Source: Candidatus Algichlamydia australiensis (GTDB taxonomy: Bacteria; Chlamydiota; Chlamydiia; Chlamydiales; JAJFMI01). Taken from it: a stretch of DNA of 64,000 nucleotides. Numbering within the stretch: position 1 is the first letter of the stretch; each line of letters opens with the position of its first letter. The translations under genes and the position numbers were made by a program. Below the pieces are notes generated by a model. The model was not told the DNA's origin. It made no database searches and saw only the letters and a list, made by a program, of their open reading frames with translations. Below, piece after piece: positions 48,597 through 59,457 of this stretch. Where the stretch lies: contig JAXCHI010000003.1 of NCBI GenBank assembly GCA_033977065.1, positions 384,001 through 448,000 on the forward strand, given 5' to 3'.

Positions 48597-49808
48597 ATGC
48601 ATAAATTTCTAATTTTGTTTTTTCCATTTTTGCTTTTTGCCAAAATTGAAGTGGGGGTCGATCGTCTTTTACAAAGCAAAGAGTTACAAAGTCTAAACGG
48701 CAAGCGTGTTGCTCTTGTCACCAATCAAACAGGTGTGAATGGGGAGCTTAAGCCGACCTATCAGCTTTTGCAAGAGCATTGCAAGTTGACGGCCCTATTT
48801 TTTCCTGAGCATGGATTTTGGGGGAGTGATTGGGCAGAAAAAAAAATCAAAAGTGGACAGCTGGGTGAAATTCCTCTCTACAGTCTTCATGGAGAGACAA
48901 GACGTCCAACAAAAGAGATGCTGCAGGGTCTCGATCTCATTATTTATGATATTCAAGACATTGGCGTGCGCTCCTACACTTACGCTTCGACACTCTTTTA
49001 TGTGATGGAAGAAGCGGCAAAAGAAAAAATTCCTGTGATGGTGCTGGATCGTCCGAATCCGCTTGGCGGAAACCTTGTCGATGGACCTATGCTTGAGGAA
49101 AAGTGGCGCTCGTTTGTGGGGTATGTCAATGTTCCTTATTGCCATGGAATGACGATTGGGGAGTTAGCAGATTTTTTTAATCAAGAGTACAAAATTGGCT
49201 GTCAGCTCTCTGTGATTCCCATGCGAGGCTACAAGCGTGCAATGACTTATGAGCAGACAGGACTCCCTTGGATTCCTACCTCACCCAATATTCCAGAAGC
49301 CGATAGCGCGCTTTTTTGTGCTTCAACGGGGATTTTGGGCCAACTCGAACTCGGCGTTAACATTGGGGTAGGGTATACTCTTCCCTTTAAAGTAGTGGGG
49401 GCGCCGTGGATCGATGCAGAGAGCTTTGCCTCAGCACTCAACAAACTCAAACTTTCAGGCGTACATTTTCGTCCTTTTCACTTCACGCCTTTCTCGGGAA
49501 AATTAAAAAATAGAGAGTGTCATGGTGTTCTTCTCATTGTTACCGATCAAAAAACGTATAAACCGCTCTCTGTACAATTTGCTCTTCTGGGAATTTTAAA
49601 AAGCCTCTACCCAGAAAGTTTTTCTAAGGCGTTAAAAGAGGTAAAGGGGTGGCGGCGCGAAATTTTCAACAAAGTATGTGGGAGTGAAAAAGTTCTGCAG
49701 CTTCTTGAAAATGAGCGGTATGTAACCTACAAACTTCTGGAAATGGATCGCAAAGAGCGCGAAGCGTTTGCAATCAAGCGCAAGAAATATCTCAGATCTG
49801 AATACTAG
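48597..49808 (+). CDS. DUF1343 / NamZ-like exo-beta-N-acetylmuramidase
   Basis: LVTNQTG, PEHGF, DIQDIGVRSYTY, LDRPNPLGG, HGMTIGELA, PTSPNIP; signal peptide. Confidence 0.88.
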   Translation: MHKFLILFFPFLLFAKIEVGVDRLLQSKELQSLNGKRVALVTNQTGVNGELKPTYQLLQEHCKLTALFFPEHGFWGSDWAEKKIKSGQLGEIPLYSLHGETRRPTKEMLQGLDLIIYDIQDIGVRSYTYASTLFYVMEEAAKEKIPVMVLDRPNPLGGNLVDGPMLEEKWRSFVGYVNVPYCHGMTIGELADFFNQEYKIGCQLSVIPMRGYKRAMTYEQTGLPWIPTSPNIPEADSALFCASTGILGQLELGVNIGVGYTLPFKVVGAPWIDAESFASALNKLKLSGVHFRPFHFTPFSGKLKNRECHGVLLIVTDQKTYKPLSVQFALLGILKSLYPESFSKALKEVKGWRREIFNKVCGSEKVLQLLENERYVTYKLLEMDRKEREAFAIKRKKYLRSEY

Positions 49809-49968
49809 ATAGTGTCGTCAAAAGGCTATAATCAGATTATTTTTCATGTTTGCAGCTTATTTTTGTGCGGAAATTGAAGCTGAATTTGTAAATTCCGCTT
49901 CATTTGAGCACAAAAATGGAGCCCAAACATGAAAAATAAGATGGTTGTATGCTTTTGACGATGCTATC
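49808..49968. mobile_element. Palindromic MITE-like element family A, copy 3 (161 bp)
   Basis: Near-identical to 44413-44573; TA duplicated at 49806-49807 and 49969-49970; inserted in the stop codon of the DUF1343 gene. Confidence 0.92.
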
Positions 49969-50008
49969 TAAGAGAACTTAAGTTCAGAGAGTGTCTTCGA
50001 ATATCGTA

Positions 50009-50108
50009 TGATTTATTGCGCTGGCTATAGCGTTCTTATAAGTAGCGCAATATTTTTATTTATTGATTTATTGCGCTGGCTATAGCATACTCTATAAGTA
50101 GCGCAATA
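50009..50108 (+). promoter_or_regulatory. Tandem palindromic operator pair overlapping a putative sigma66/70 promoter
   Basis: Two copies of about 45 bp, TGATTTATTGCGCTGGCTATAGC...TATAAGTAGCGCAATA, each with TATTGCGCT/AGCGCAATA arms; TTGATT-N17-CATACT at 50063-50091. Confidence 0.7.
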
Positions 50109-50122
50109 AATATAGAGATATT

Positions 50123-51598
50123 ATGAAAAAAAAGACGGAAGTGATTGGTAGACAAGAGGAAAAAGAAATTTTAGATCGGTTTTTTCAGTCAAATTCACCT
50201 GAGTTTATGGCAATTTACGGTCGTCGTAGGGTTGGAAAAACCTATTTAGTAAAAAATTATTTTACTCAAAAATCGTGTCACTTTTTTAAAGTTACAGGGA
50301 TACACAAAGGTACTATGAGTCAGCAATTGGCAGAGTTCTCGAATGGAATAGGTAGTTCTTTTTTTTACGGCACAAAAATAAAGGGGAAAAATAACTGGTT
50401 TGACGCGTTTGAGGTACTGACTCAGTCAATCCAAAAACAAATTCCCAGGAAGAAAAAAGTCGTACTGTTTTTTGATGAATTTCCTTGGATGGCCACACCA
50501 AAATCAAAATTGTTACAAGCGCTTGAATATTACTGGAATCACTATTGGTCAGAAGACAACAGGATAAAATTGATCATCTGTGGGTCTGCAGTTTCATGGA
50601 TTATCAAAAATATTATTCACAATAAGGGTGGTTTGCATAATAGGTTGACGCGGACGATCCTTCTGGAGCCTATGAGCTTGCGGGAATCAAAAAATTTATT
50701 ACATAGTATGGGGATAAAGTTGAACAACCAACAAGTTGCGCAATTGTATATGGTAACTGGAGGAATCCCCTACTATCTATCTCATGTACCTGCAGGGCTT
50801 TCAGACACCCAGATCATTGAAAGGTTGGCTTTTACTAAAAATGGGCTGTTTTTGACTGAATTTGATAAATTATACTCTTCCCTTTTTGAAAATGCGGCTT
50901 TTTACATAGACATAGTGAAAGCTATTGCTAGTCAAAGGTATGGGATTGACCAGAAAACACTGTTTGAAAAAATAAAAAAAATATCTGGTGGAGGAACAAT
51001 TTCAAAAAAACTCAAAGAATTAGAGGAGGCAGGATTTATTATAAGTTTCGTGCCTTATAAAAATCGTAGAAAAGGAATTTTTTATAAAGTTATTGATGAG
51101 TTTACCTTGTTTTATTTGTACTGGATAGAGCCCATTAAAAAGACATTGCTGAAAAAAGGAACAAGAAAAGGGTATTGGGATAAAACAAGGCAAACAAGCT
51201 CTTGGTCAAGTTGGGCGGGATATGCATATGAAGCGTTATGTTATAAACATCTATTTCAGATTAGCGAGGCGCTTGAGCTTAGCCCTACAGCTCTACCAAG
51301 CACCTGGCAATACATTCCCAAAAAAGGATCTGAAGAATTAGGAGCGCAAATTGATCTTTTATACGACAGAGATGATGGCGTCACAACGATATGTGAAATA
51401 AAATTTACAAAAGAGCCTTTTGCTATCAATAAGGATTATGCCAAAAGACTTCAGAATAAAATGGAAATTTTCCAAAAAAGAACAAAAACTCAAAAACAGC
51501 TATTTCTTGCTATTGTTTCTGCAAAAGGATTAAAAAAGACAATGTATTCAGAAGAAATTGTCGATGCGGTAGTGAGTTTAAGTGATTTGTTCAAATAA
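50123..51598 (+). CDS. AAA (archaeal-type) ATPase with wHTH and C-terminal PD-(D/E)XK-like domain
   Basis: GRRRVGKT, FFDEFPW, CGS, GGIPYYL, QIDLL...ICEIK. Confidence 0.87.
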   Translation: MKKKTEVIGRQEEKEILDRFFQSNSPEFMAIYGRRRVGKTYLVKNYFTQKSCHFFKVTGIHKGTMSQQLAEFSNGIGSSFFYGTKIKGKNNWFDAFEVLTQSIQKQIPRKKKVVLFFDEFPWMATPKSKLLQALEYYWNHYWSEDNRIKLIICGSAVSWIIKNIIHNKGGLHNRLTRTILLEPMSLRESKNLLHSMGIKLNNQQVAQLYMVTGGIPYYLSHVPAGLSDTQIIERLAFTKNGLFLTEFDKLYSSLFENAAFYIDIVKAIASQRYGIDQKTLFEKIKKISGGGTISKKLKELEEAGFIISFVPYKNRRKGIFYKVIDEFTLFYLYWIEPIKKTLLKKGTRKGYWDKTRQTSSWSSWAGYAYEALCYKHLFQISEALELSPTALPSTWQYIPKKGSEELGAQIDLLYDRDDGVTTICEIKFTKEPFAINKDYAKRLQNKMEIFQKRTKTQKQLFLAIVSAKGLKKTMYSEEIVDAVVSLSDLFK

Positions 51599-51663
51599 TC
51601 TCAAGTTTGACAAAATTATCTACGAAAACTACCCTATTTTCTATAGAACCAGGAGTTTATATA

Positions 51664-53557
<1,894 letters not shown>

Positions 53558-53566
53558 AATTAAATA

Positions 53567-54592
53567 ATGGGTAATGTGCAAAAAAATTCACCTTTAAAAA
53601 TTTGTGATACAGTTGTTCAGCCAGGAGAAAGAGTTACACTCGGTCTTCCAACTCCTGAGTTTTATTCCTGCTCCCCCTCTTTTATTCCCATCCATGTTAT
53701 TCATGGCAAAAAATCAGGCCCAACTCTTCTAGTTTGTGCTGCCTCCCATGGTGATGAGATGAATGGTGTTGCTATTATCCAAAAACTGTTGGAGATGCAG
53801 CTTGTCAATAAGATACGCGGAACCTTGATCGCAGTTCCTGTCATCAATGTTTTTGGCCTTATTTCTCGATCACGAAATTTACCAGGGGAGTATGATTTTG
53901 AAGACTCTTTCCCCGGTTCGGAATCAGGCTCTTTTTCTTCTCGATTAGCTCATCGTTTTTCAGAAAAAATATTATCTCTTGCGACTCACTGTATTGACCT
54001 GCAAACAGGAAGCCTGGGAAATTACCGTGTTCCTCAAGTCTACACCGATACGGACCATGATGAAGCTTTTACTATGGCGCGCTCTTTCGCAGCTCCTATC
54101 ATTATGCATACAAAATCTGATAGGGGTATGCTCTGGAAACTGCAAAGAGAGAACTCAATTCCAACGCTCGTCTATGAGTCTGGAGAATCGTCTCGGATGG
54201 ATGAACCTTCGATCACTGTTGGGGCTAAAGGGGTTGTTCGTGTGATGCGAGATTTGGGGATGATTGGGTTGAGAAAAAATGAGGTGAAAGAGAAAAAATC
54301 TGTTGTTATCCGCAGCACTCAGCTTTTGCGTTCTCCTTGCTCAGGGATTTTCTTTTTAAAGAAAAAACTGGGATCCTCTATCCGTAAAAATGATGTGATT
54401 GCCTCTATTGTAGATCCGTTTGGTGCAGGGAAAAAACGGGAAGTGACGTCAAACCAAGACGGCGTTATGATCGCTGCTAGTTTTCACCCTCTTGTTAGTG
54501 AAGGAGAGCCGATCGTTCACCTAGGAAAAACGGAGTATGAAGAGAGCCATAATATTTTTCCCGATAGCCAGAATATAGGCCCTATCGTATGA
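53567..54592 (+). CDS. Succinylglutamate desuccinylase/aspartoacylase (M14)-like protein, apparently degenerate
   Basis: HGDE motif and YESGE present; DLQTG replaces the usual DLHTG. Confidence 0.75.
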   Translation: MGNVQKNSPLKICDTVVQPGERVTLGLPTPEFYSCSPSFIPIHVIHGKKSGPTLLVCAASHGDEMNGVAIIQKLLEMQLVNKIRGTLIAVPVINVFGLISRSRNLPGEYDFEDSFPGSESGSFSSRLAHRFSEKILSLATHCIDLQTGSLGNYRVPQVYTDTDHDEAFTMARSFAAPIIMHTKSDRGMLWKLQRENSIPTLVYESGESSRMDEPSITVGAKGVVRVMRDLGMIGLRKNEVKEKKSVVIRSTQLLRSPCSGIFFLKKKLGSSIRKNDVIASIVDPFGAGKKREVTSNQDGVMIAASFHPLVSEGEPIVHLGKTEYEESHNIFPDSQNIGPIV

Positions 54593-55866
54593 AAAAAGTT
54601 ACTTTTTCTGGCGTGGCTATATGGGTAGTTGGACTGCTCTTTTATCTATTTGAATTTTTTCTTGGCGTTTTTCCTGGTACAATAGCCCCAGAACTCATGG
54701 AGTCCTTTTCTATTAATGCAGAAGAGTTTGCAATTGTAGGAGCGGGGTATTATATCGTTTATGGATTAATGCAAGTTCCTGTTGGACTTCTGGTAAAAAA
54801 ATTTGGAACACGCCTTGTACTCACGTTTGCTTCCTCGATCTGTACATTGGGAACCCTTTGGTTTAGCTTTACAACCAGCTTTATTTCTGCTCTTTTTTCC
54901 AGAATGATGATGGGTTTTGGTGCCTCTTTTGGTTTTGTGTCCATGCTGGTACTGGTATTGAATTGGTTCCCTCGAAAAAACTTCGGTCTCTTCTCAGGAT
55001 TAAGCCAGCTAGTCGGAACAGTTGGGCCAATTTTAGCGGGAGGGCCTCTTGCTTTCCTTTTGCGCTCTTTAGGGGGGGATTGGCAACTCATTTTAAGGGG
55101 GTTTGCAGCTGTGGGGGCGACTATTACAGTGCTGATTTATTTAGTCGTTCGAAACAAACCAGATCGGGCAAAAAATACTCTTGTCTACCTCACGCCTTCA
55201 CACTCACTGCGAAAAGATTTGAAAAATTTATTAAAGCGAAGACGGGTGTGGTTTATTGTTTTATATGCAGGCATTGTTTACAGTTCCGCACCCCTTTTGG
55301 GCGCTTATTGGGGAACAACTTTTCTGGCAACGAAGGGGTATTCAAAAGAGATAGCAGCCTCGATTATCTCGCTTATTTGGTTGGGAATGGCCATAGGCTC
55401 TCCTACATGGGGGTGGTTGTCAGATAGAGTTAAGAGGCGAAAGAGCGTTCTCTCTCTTGCCGCCTTAATAGGGCTCGTTTCATCGTCTCTTCTCTTCTTT
55501 CCTATCAACCAAGAGTTTATTTTGATTGCGGTTATTTTTTTTCTTGGTCTCGCTTCAGCTGGACAAGCCCTCTCCTTTGCAAGTGCGACCGAAACAGTGC
55601 CAACAGCCCTCCACTCTGCCTGTATTGGACTCAATAATTGCTTAGTTATCTTATGTAGCTCCTTTGTTCCTCCCTTTTGTAGCTCAATTATTCAATCTGC
55701 CTCACCAACAATCAATGGAGTAGTGACCTATACTGAAGAGAGTTTTACTAAAGGACTGGCCATCATTCCCATTCTTTTTCTTTTAGCTTTTTTAATAAGT
55801 ACTTTTTTAATCAAAGAGACTTTTTGTCGACAACAGCATGAAGTGCATCTGAACAATAACTCTTGA
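54589..55866 (+). CDS. MFS transporter
   Basis: About 12 TM segments; GLLVKKFGTR and GWLSDRVKRRK loop motifs. Confidence 0.88.
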   Translation: MKKVTFSGVAIWVVGLLFYLFEFFLGVFPGTIAPELMESFSINAEEFAIVGAGYYIVYGLMQVPVGLLVKKFGTRLVLTFASSICTLGTLWFSFTTSFISALFSRMMMGFGASFGFVSMLVLVLNWFPRKNFGLFSGLSQLVGTVGPILAGGPLAFLLRSLGGDWQLILRGFAAVGATITVLIYLVVRNKPDRAKNTLVYLTPSHSLRKDLKNLLKRRRVWFIVLYAGIVYSSAPLLGAYWGTTFLATKGYSKEIAASIISLIWLGMAIGSPTWGWLSDRVKRRKSVLSLAALIGLVSSSLLFFPINQEFILIAVIFFLGLASAGQALSFASATETVPTALHSACIGLNNCLVILCSSFVPPFCSSIIQSASPTINGVVTYTEESFTKGLAIIPILFLLAFLISTFLIKETFCRQQHEVHLNNNS

Positions 55867-55882
55867 ACTAGATAGCCCAATC

Positions 55883-55932
55883 GCGAGGCTTTGACGTTAA
55901 AAAGAATAGCAAAATTTTCTGTTACAGAGTAC
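55883..55932. mobile_element. Remnant right end of element family C
   Basis: GCGAGGCTTTGACGTTAAAAAGAATAGCAAAATTTTCTGTTACAGAGTAC aligns to 7028-7077. Confidence 0.78.
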
Positions 55933-56499
55933 GTAGCACGACCATCCCTCTAAAACTTCGCGCTTTGTGAAATGCAAATTCCAACTTTGCAAAAGACCCA
56001 AATACTCTCTGTGCTGCTCTTCCAAAATGCCGGAGGTAATCCAAATAGCTGGTTGATTATGCAAACAGGAGTTCATCTGCCAGGCAACTTCTTGTTCGGA
56101 GCTAATCATATTCATCAAAATGAGCAGCTCGCCCTTCGGAAGTTTTTCTAGTTTTTCAAACGTCTCGATTTGCACGCCATTGCATTTCGCATTGGCGCGT
56201 GTATGGCGCCGTGCCTCTTCGCAAATATCAAGACCATAAACTTTTTTTGCCCCTAGTTTTGCAGCAGCTACACTTAAAATCCCACTGCCACACCCAATGT
56301 CTATAACAACCCTATTTTTTACTTGATAAGGCAATAACTGTAGCATTAGCCGTGTAGTTGGATGAGAGAGATCGCCAAAGCCTCCACCAGCTACAAGTGA
56401 GAGCGACTGCTCACCAACCTCTACTTGTAAAATCCCATCTTTAAAACCTGGAGCGAAGGCTTGCCACTGCTCTTCCCAATTTACATCCGATAAATCCAT
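55897..56499 (-). CDS. prmA: Ribosomal protein L11 methyltransferase-like protein (short form)
   Basis: GFGDLSHPTT, VIDIGCGSGILS, SGIL, EGW. Confidence 0.75.
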   Translation of the reverse strand: MDLSDVNWEEQWQAFAPGFKDGILQVEVGEQSLSLVAGGGFGDLSHPTTRLMLQLLPYQVKNRVVIDIGCGSGILSVAAAKLGAKKVYGLDICEEARRHTRANAKCNGVQIETFEKLEKLPKGELLILMNMISSEQEVAWQMNSCLHNQPAIWITSGILEEQHREYLGLLQSWNLHFTKREVLEGWSCYVLCNRKFCYSF

Positions 56500-56536
56500 G
56501 AAGACAGTATAGCGGTTTTCTGCTATTTTTCATGGG

Positions 56537-58288
56537 ATGGATAAAGAGAAATTGAATTTGAAAGGGTTTTTCTGGAAGCTATGCTCTCAACATAAGCTCT
56601 CTCTTTTCTGTTTTGCATTCTGTGCAGGGTTTGTTGGTTTACATGGGCTTATTAATTCTTTTTTCATAAAAAAAATAATAGATGCGCTTAGTAAATCGAA
56701 TTCCAATTTTTTGCTTGGAATAGGTGTTTGTGTAACCTTAAATTTTGAGTTGCATAATCTTTGTTGGCGAGCGATAAACTATCTTACTTTGAAAAAGGCG
56801 CCATTAATCAAGAGCCGAATTATAGAAAAGGCTTTTGCTGATGTGCACAATCAACCAGTACAGTTTTTCGATGAGCAGCTCTCCGGGTCTGTTGCAAATG
56901 ACATAAAGGTGCTGGCTGATGAAACAGAAAAAGTGTTTTTTTCTATTTCCATTCGTCTTATTAGAGGGATTGTTCAATTTGTTGCTGCTCTCATCTCCAT
57001 GTACTTCGTTCATTTGATTTTTTCAGTCGTACTGCTTGTTTGGGCATCTGTTTTTGTCTCAGTTAGTCTGTTTTTTTCTCGTAAAATAGTCGGGTTTTCC
57101 GATAGTTATGCAAAAATTCAGTCGCAAGCTTCTGGAAGGATATTTGATAGCATATCAAATTTTTTTACAGTGAAGATTTTTTCCAGAGAAAAAGAGGAGA
57201 TAGGAGCGTTAAAGTCTCTTTTAATGAAAGTGAAGAGCAGTTTTCAAAAGCGCGGTTGGTTTCTGCTTAAGTTTTACTTTGCACAAGGATTTTCCATTAC
57301 TGCTTTAATTGGTGCGATGATCTTTTTTTTGATTCGCTTTCAAATTAAAGGTTTAATTACTGTAGGAGAGTTTGCCTATATTTTAGGAGCAACATTTTAC
57401 GTAACAGAGTACCTATGGACTTTTACAGAAAACCTCGATCAAATAAATGATGCTCTAGGAAACTGTCAGCACTCTTATAGCTCTCTCTTATCTCTAGCAA
57501 AAAAAGAGCAAAGGAAAGATTTAGTCATAAAAAAAGGGGGAATCTCCTTTCAAAATTTACACTTCTCTTATGAATCTTTTCCTCTTTTTACGGGGTTATC
57601 AATAGAAATTGCTGCAGGTGAAAAAGTGGGCATTGTGGGCCGTAGTGGGAGTGGAAAAACAACCTTTGCAAAATTGATTTTGCATCTTTATGAACTCCAA
57701 TCAGGCGCAATTTTTATTGATGGGCAAGATATAAGTGAGATTTCGCTTAGTAGTCTGCGTCAATCGATCTCTTTAATTCCACAAATCCCATCTCTTTTTA
57801 ACCGCACCATTTGGGAAAATATTGCTTACAGCAAACAGAATGCATCGATGGCAGATGTAGTAGAAGCGGCAAAACGTGCGCAGATTCACGACTTTATTGT
57901 TGGATTGCCAAATGGGTATGAGACAGTTGTTGGTGAACAAGGAATAAGGCTCTCTGGCGGACAAAGACAAAGGGTTGCGCTTGCTCGAGGGTTTATAAAG
58001 CAAGCCCCCATTTTGATTTTAGATGAGGCGACCTCGCAGCTTGATTCCATCACGGAAAAAGCGATTCAGAAAGAGCTCTTTTCTATGATGGATGGAAGAA
58101 CAACGATTGTGATTGCTCACCGCCTTTCTACTCTCTCAAAAATGGATCGTATTTTAGTCTTTGATAGAGGGAAAATTATTGAAGAGGGTACACACGCACA
58201 GATGCTCAAAAAAAGAGGAGTGTACCACGCTTTATGGGCAGCGCAATCTTCCGATAGGAAAGTTTTAGAGAATATGTATAATGTTTAA
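56537..58288 (+). CDS. ABC transporter, fused TMD-NBD exporter
   Basis: N-terminal TMD; GRSGSGKT, LSGGQRQR, ILDEATS, IAHRLST. Confidence 0.92.
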   Translation: MDKEKLNLKGFFWKLCSQHKLSLFCFAFCAGFVGLHGLINSFFIKKIIDALSKSNSNFLLGIGVCVTLNFELHNLCWRAINYLTLKKAPLIKSRIIEKAFADVHNQPVQFFDEQLSGSVANDIKVLADETEKVFFSISIRLIRGIVQFVAALISMYFVHLIFSVVLLVWASVFVSVSLFFSRKIVGFSDSYAKIQSQASGRIFDSISNFFTVKIFSREKEEIGALKSLLMKVKSSFQKRGWFLLKFYFAQGFSITALIGAMIFFLIRFQIKGLITVGEFAYILGATFYVTEYLWTFTENLDQINDALGNCQHSYSSLLSLAKKEQRKDLVIKKGGISFQNLHFSYESFPLFTGLSIEIAAGEKVGIVGRSGSGKTTFAKLILHLYELQSGAIFIDGQDISEISLSSLRQSISLIPQIPSLFNRTIWENIAYSKQNASMADVVEAAKRAQIHDFIVGLPNGYETVVGEQGIRLSGGQRQRVALARGFIKQAPILILDEATSQLDSITEKAIQKELFSMMDGRTTIVIAHRLSTLSKMDRILVFDRGKIIEEGTHAQMLKKRGVYHALWAAQSSDRKVLENMYNV

Positions 58289-58293
58289 CTTAA

Positions 58294-59457
58294 ATGTTTA
58301 AACAAATCTCTCTTTTAGGTCTTGGCCATATTGGGTTGCCGACTGCTTTGCTTCTTGCGTGTAGTGGTTTTTCTGTACATGGTACTGATTGCAATCCAGA
58401 AGTTGTTGAGAGACTACTTCTTGGTAAGCTCTCTTATCCTGAGAAGGGTTTAAGAGACCTTCTCTTAACAAGTCTTTCTAATGGTTCCTTAACTATTTCG
58501 CAACAGACCAAGCCGGCAGAAGTGGTTCTTGTTGCTGTCCCCACTCCGCTAGGACCAAACTGTTTACCCGATCTCTCATCTGTTTACCAAGCAATTGATG
58601 CTACCGCTCCTTTTTTAGACCAACTAAAACTTCTGATTATTGAATCAACCTGTCCGATTGGCACAACAGATACGATTGCCAAGCAGTTAAGAAAAATTTC
58701 TCCCAATCTGGCAGTTGCTTACTGTCCGGAGAGAGTTCTTCCAGGTAATATTCTTGAAGAGCTTTTGAATAATGATCGTGTAGTTGGTGGCGTCGATAAA
58801 AACTCTTCTGAGCTCGCAGCAAAATTTTACCACTCTTTTGTTCGGGGAAGTGTGGGCAAAACAGATGCAAGGACAGCAGAAGCGGTCAAACTTGCAGAAA
58901 ATAGTTTTCGAGATCTAAACATCGCTTTTGCAAACGAGCTTTCGATGATAGCAGATGAATTAAATTTTGATACTGAAGAGGTTATCACTCTTGCTAATCG
59001 CCATCCAAGAGTAAATATTTTGCAACCAGGTGTTGGTGTAGGTGGGCATTGTCTTCCTGTTGATCCCTACTTTATCATTTCATCAGTGCCCGAGCAGGCA
59101 AATATGATGCGTGAAGCGCGACGAACAAATGAGAAGAAGACAGAGTGGGTGATTCAGAAGGTACGAGATGAGGCAAAAAAGCATGGTGTTAGTACAATTG
59201 CCTGTTTTGGACAGACGTATAAACCCGGTGTTTCAGATTTTCGAGGCTCTCCAGCAGCAAAAATTTCTGATGCTTTAGAAAATGACTTTGATGTGCTCCG
59301 TGTTGATCCATTTCTTGAAAGCTCCCCTTCTGTTGGAGATGCAGTTGAGAAGGCAGATCTTTTGTTGGGCCTTGTGGCGCATAAGGATTTTCGGCAAATC
59401 TCTTCAGAAAAACTTCGAAAAAAAATTGTATTAGACTTTATGGGAGTCTTTTCGTGA
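58294..59457 (+). CDS. wecC: UDP-N-acetylmannosamine dehydrogenase family
   Basis: GLGHIGLP, IIEST, YCPERVLPG, KLAENSFRDLNIAFANE, GVGGHCLPVDP. Confidence 0.85.
   Translation: MFKQISLLGLGHIGLPTALLLACSGFSVHGTDCNPEVVERLLLGKLSYPEKGLRDLLLTSLSNGSLTISQQTKPAEVVLVAVPTPLGPNCLPDLSSVYQAIDATAPFLDQLKLLIIESTCPIGTTDTIAKQLRKISPNLAVAYCPERVLPGNILEELLNNDRVVGGVDKNSSELAAKFYHSFVRGSVGKTDARTAEAVKLAENSFRDLNIAFANELSMIADELNFDTEEVITLANRHPRVNILQPGVGVGGHCLPVDPYFIISSVPEQANMMREARRTNEKKTEWVIQKVRDEAKKHGVSTIACFGQTYKPGVSDFRGSPAAKISDALENDFDVLRVDPFLESSPSVGDAVEKADLLLGLVAHKDFRQISSEKLRKKIVLDFMGVFS

Noticed and set aside
50009..50108. Possible mini-CRISPR array
   Set aside because: Only two units with a spacer of about 11 bp, no cas genes, and overlap with a promoter; an operator fits better
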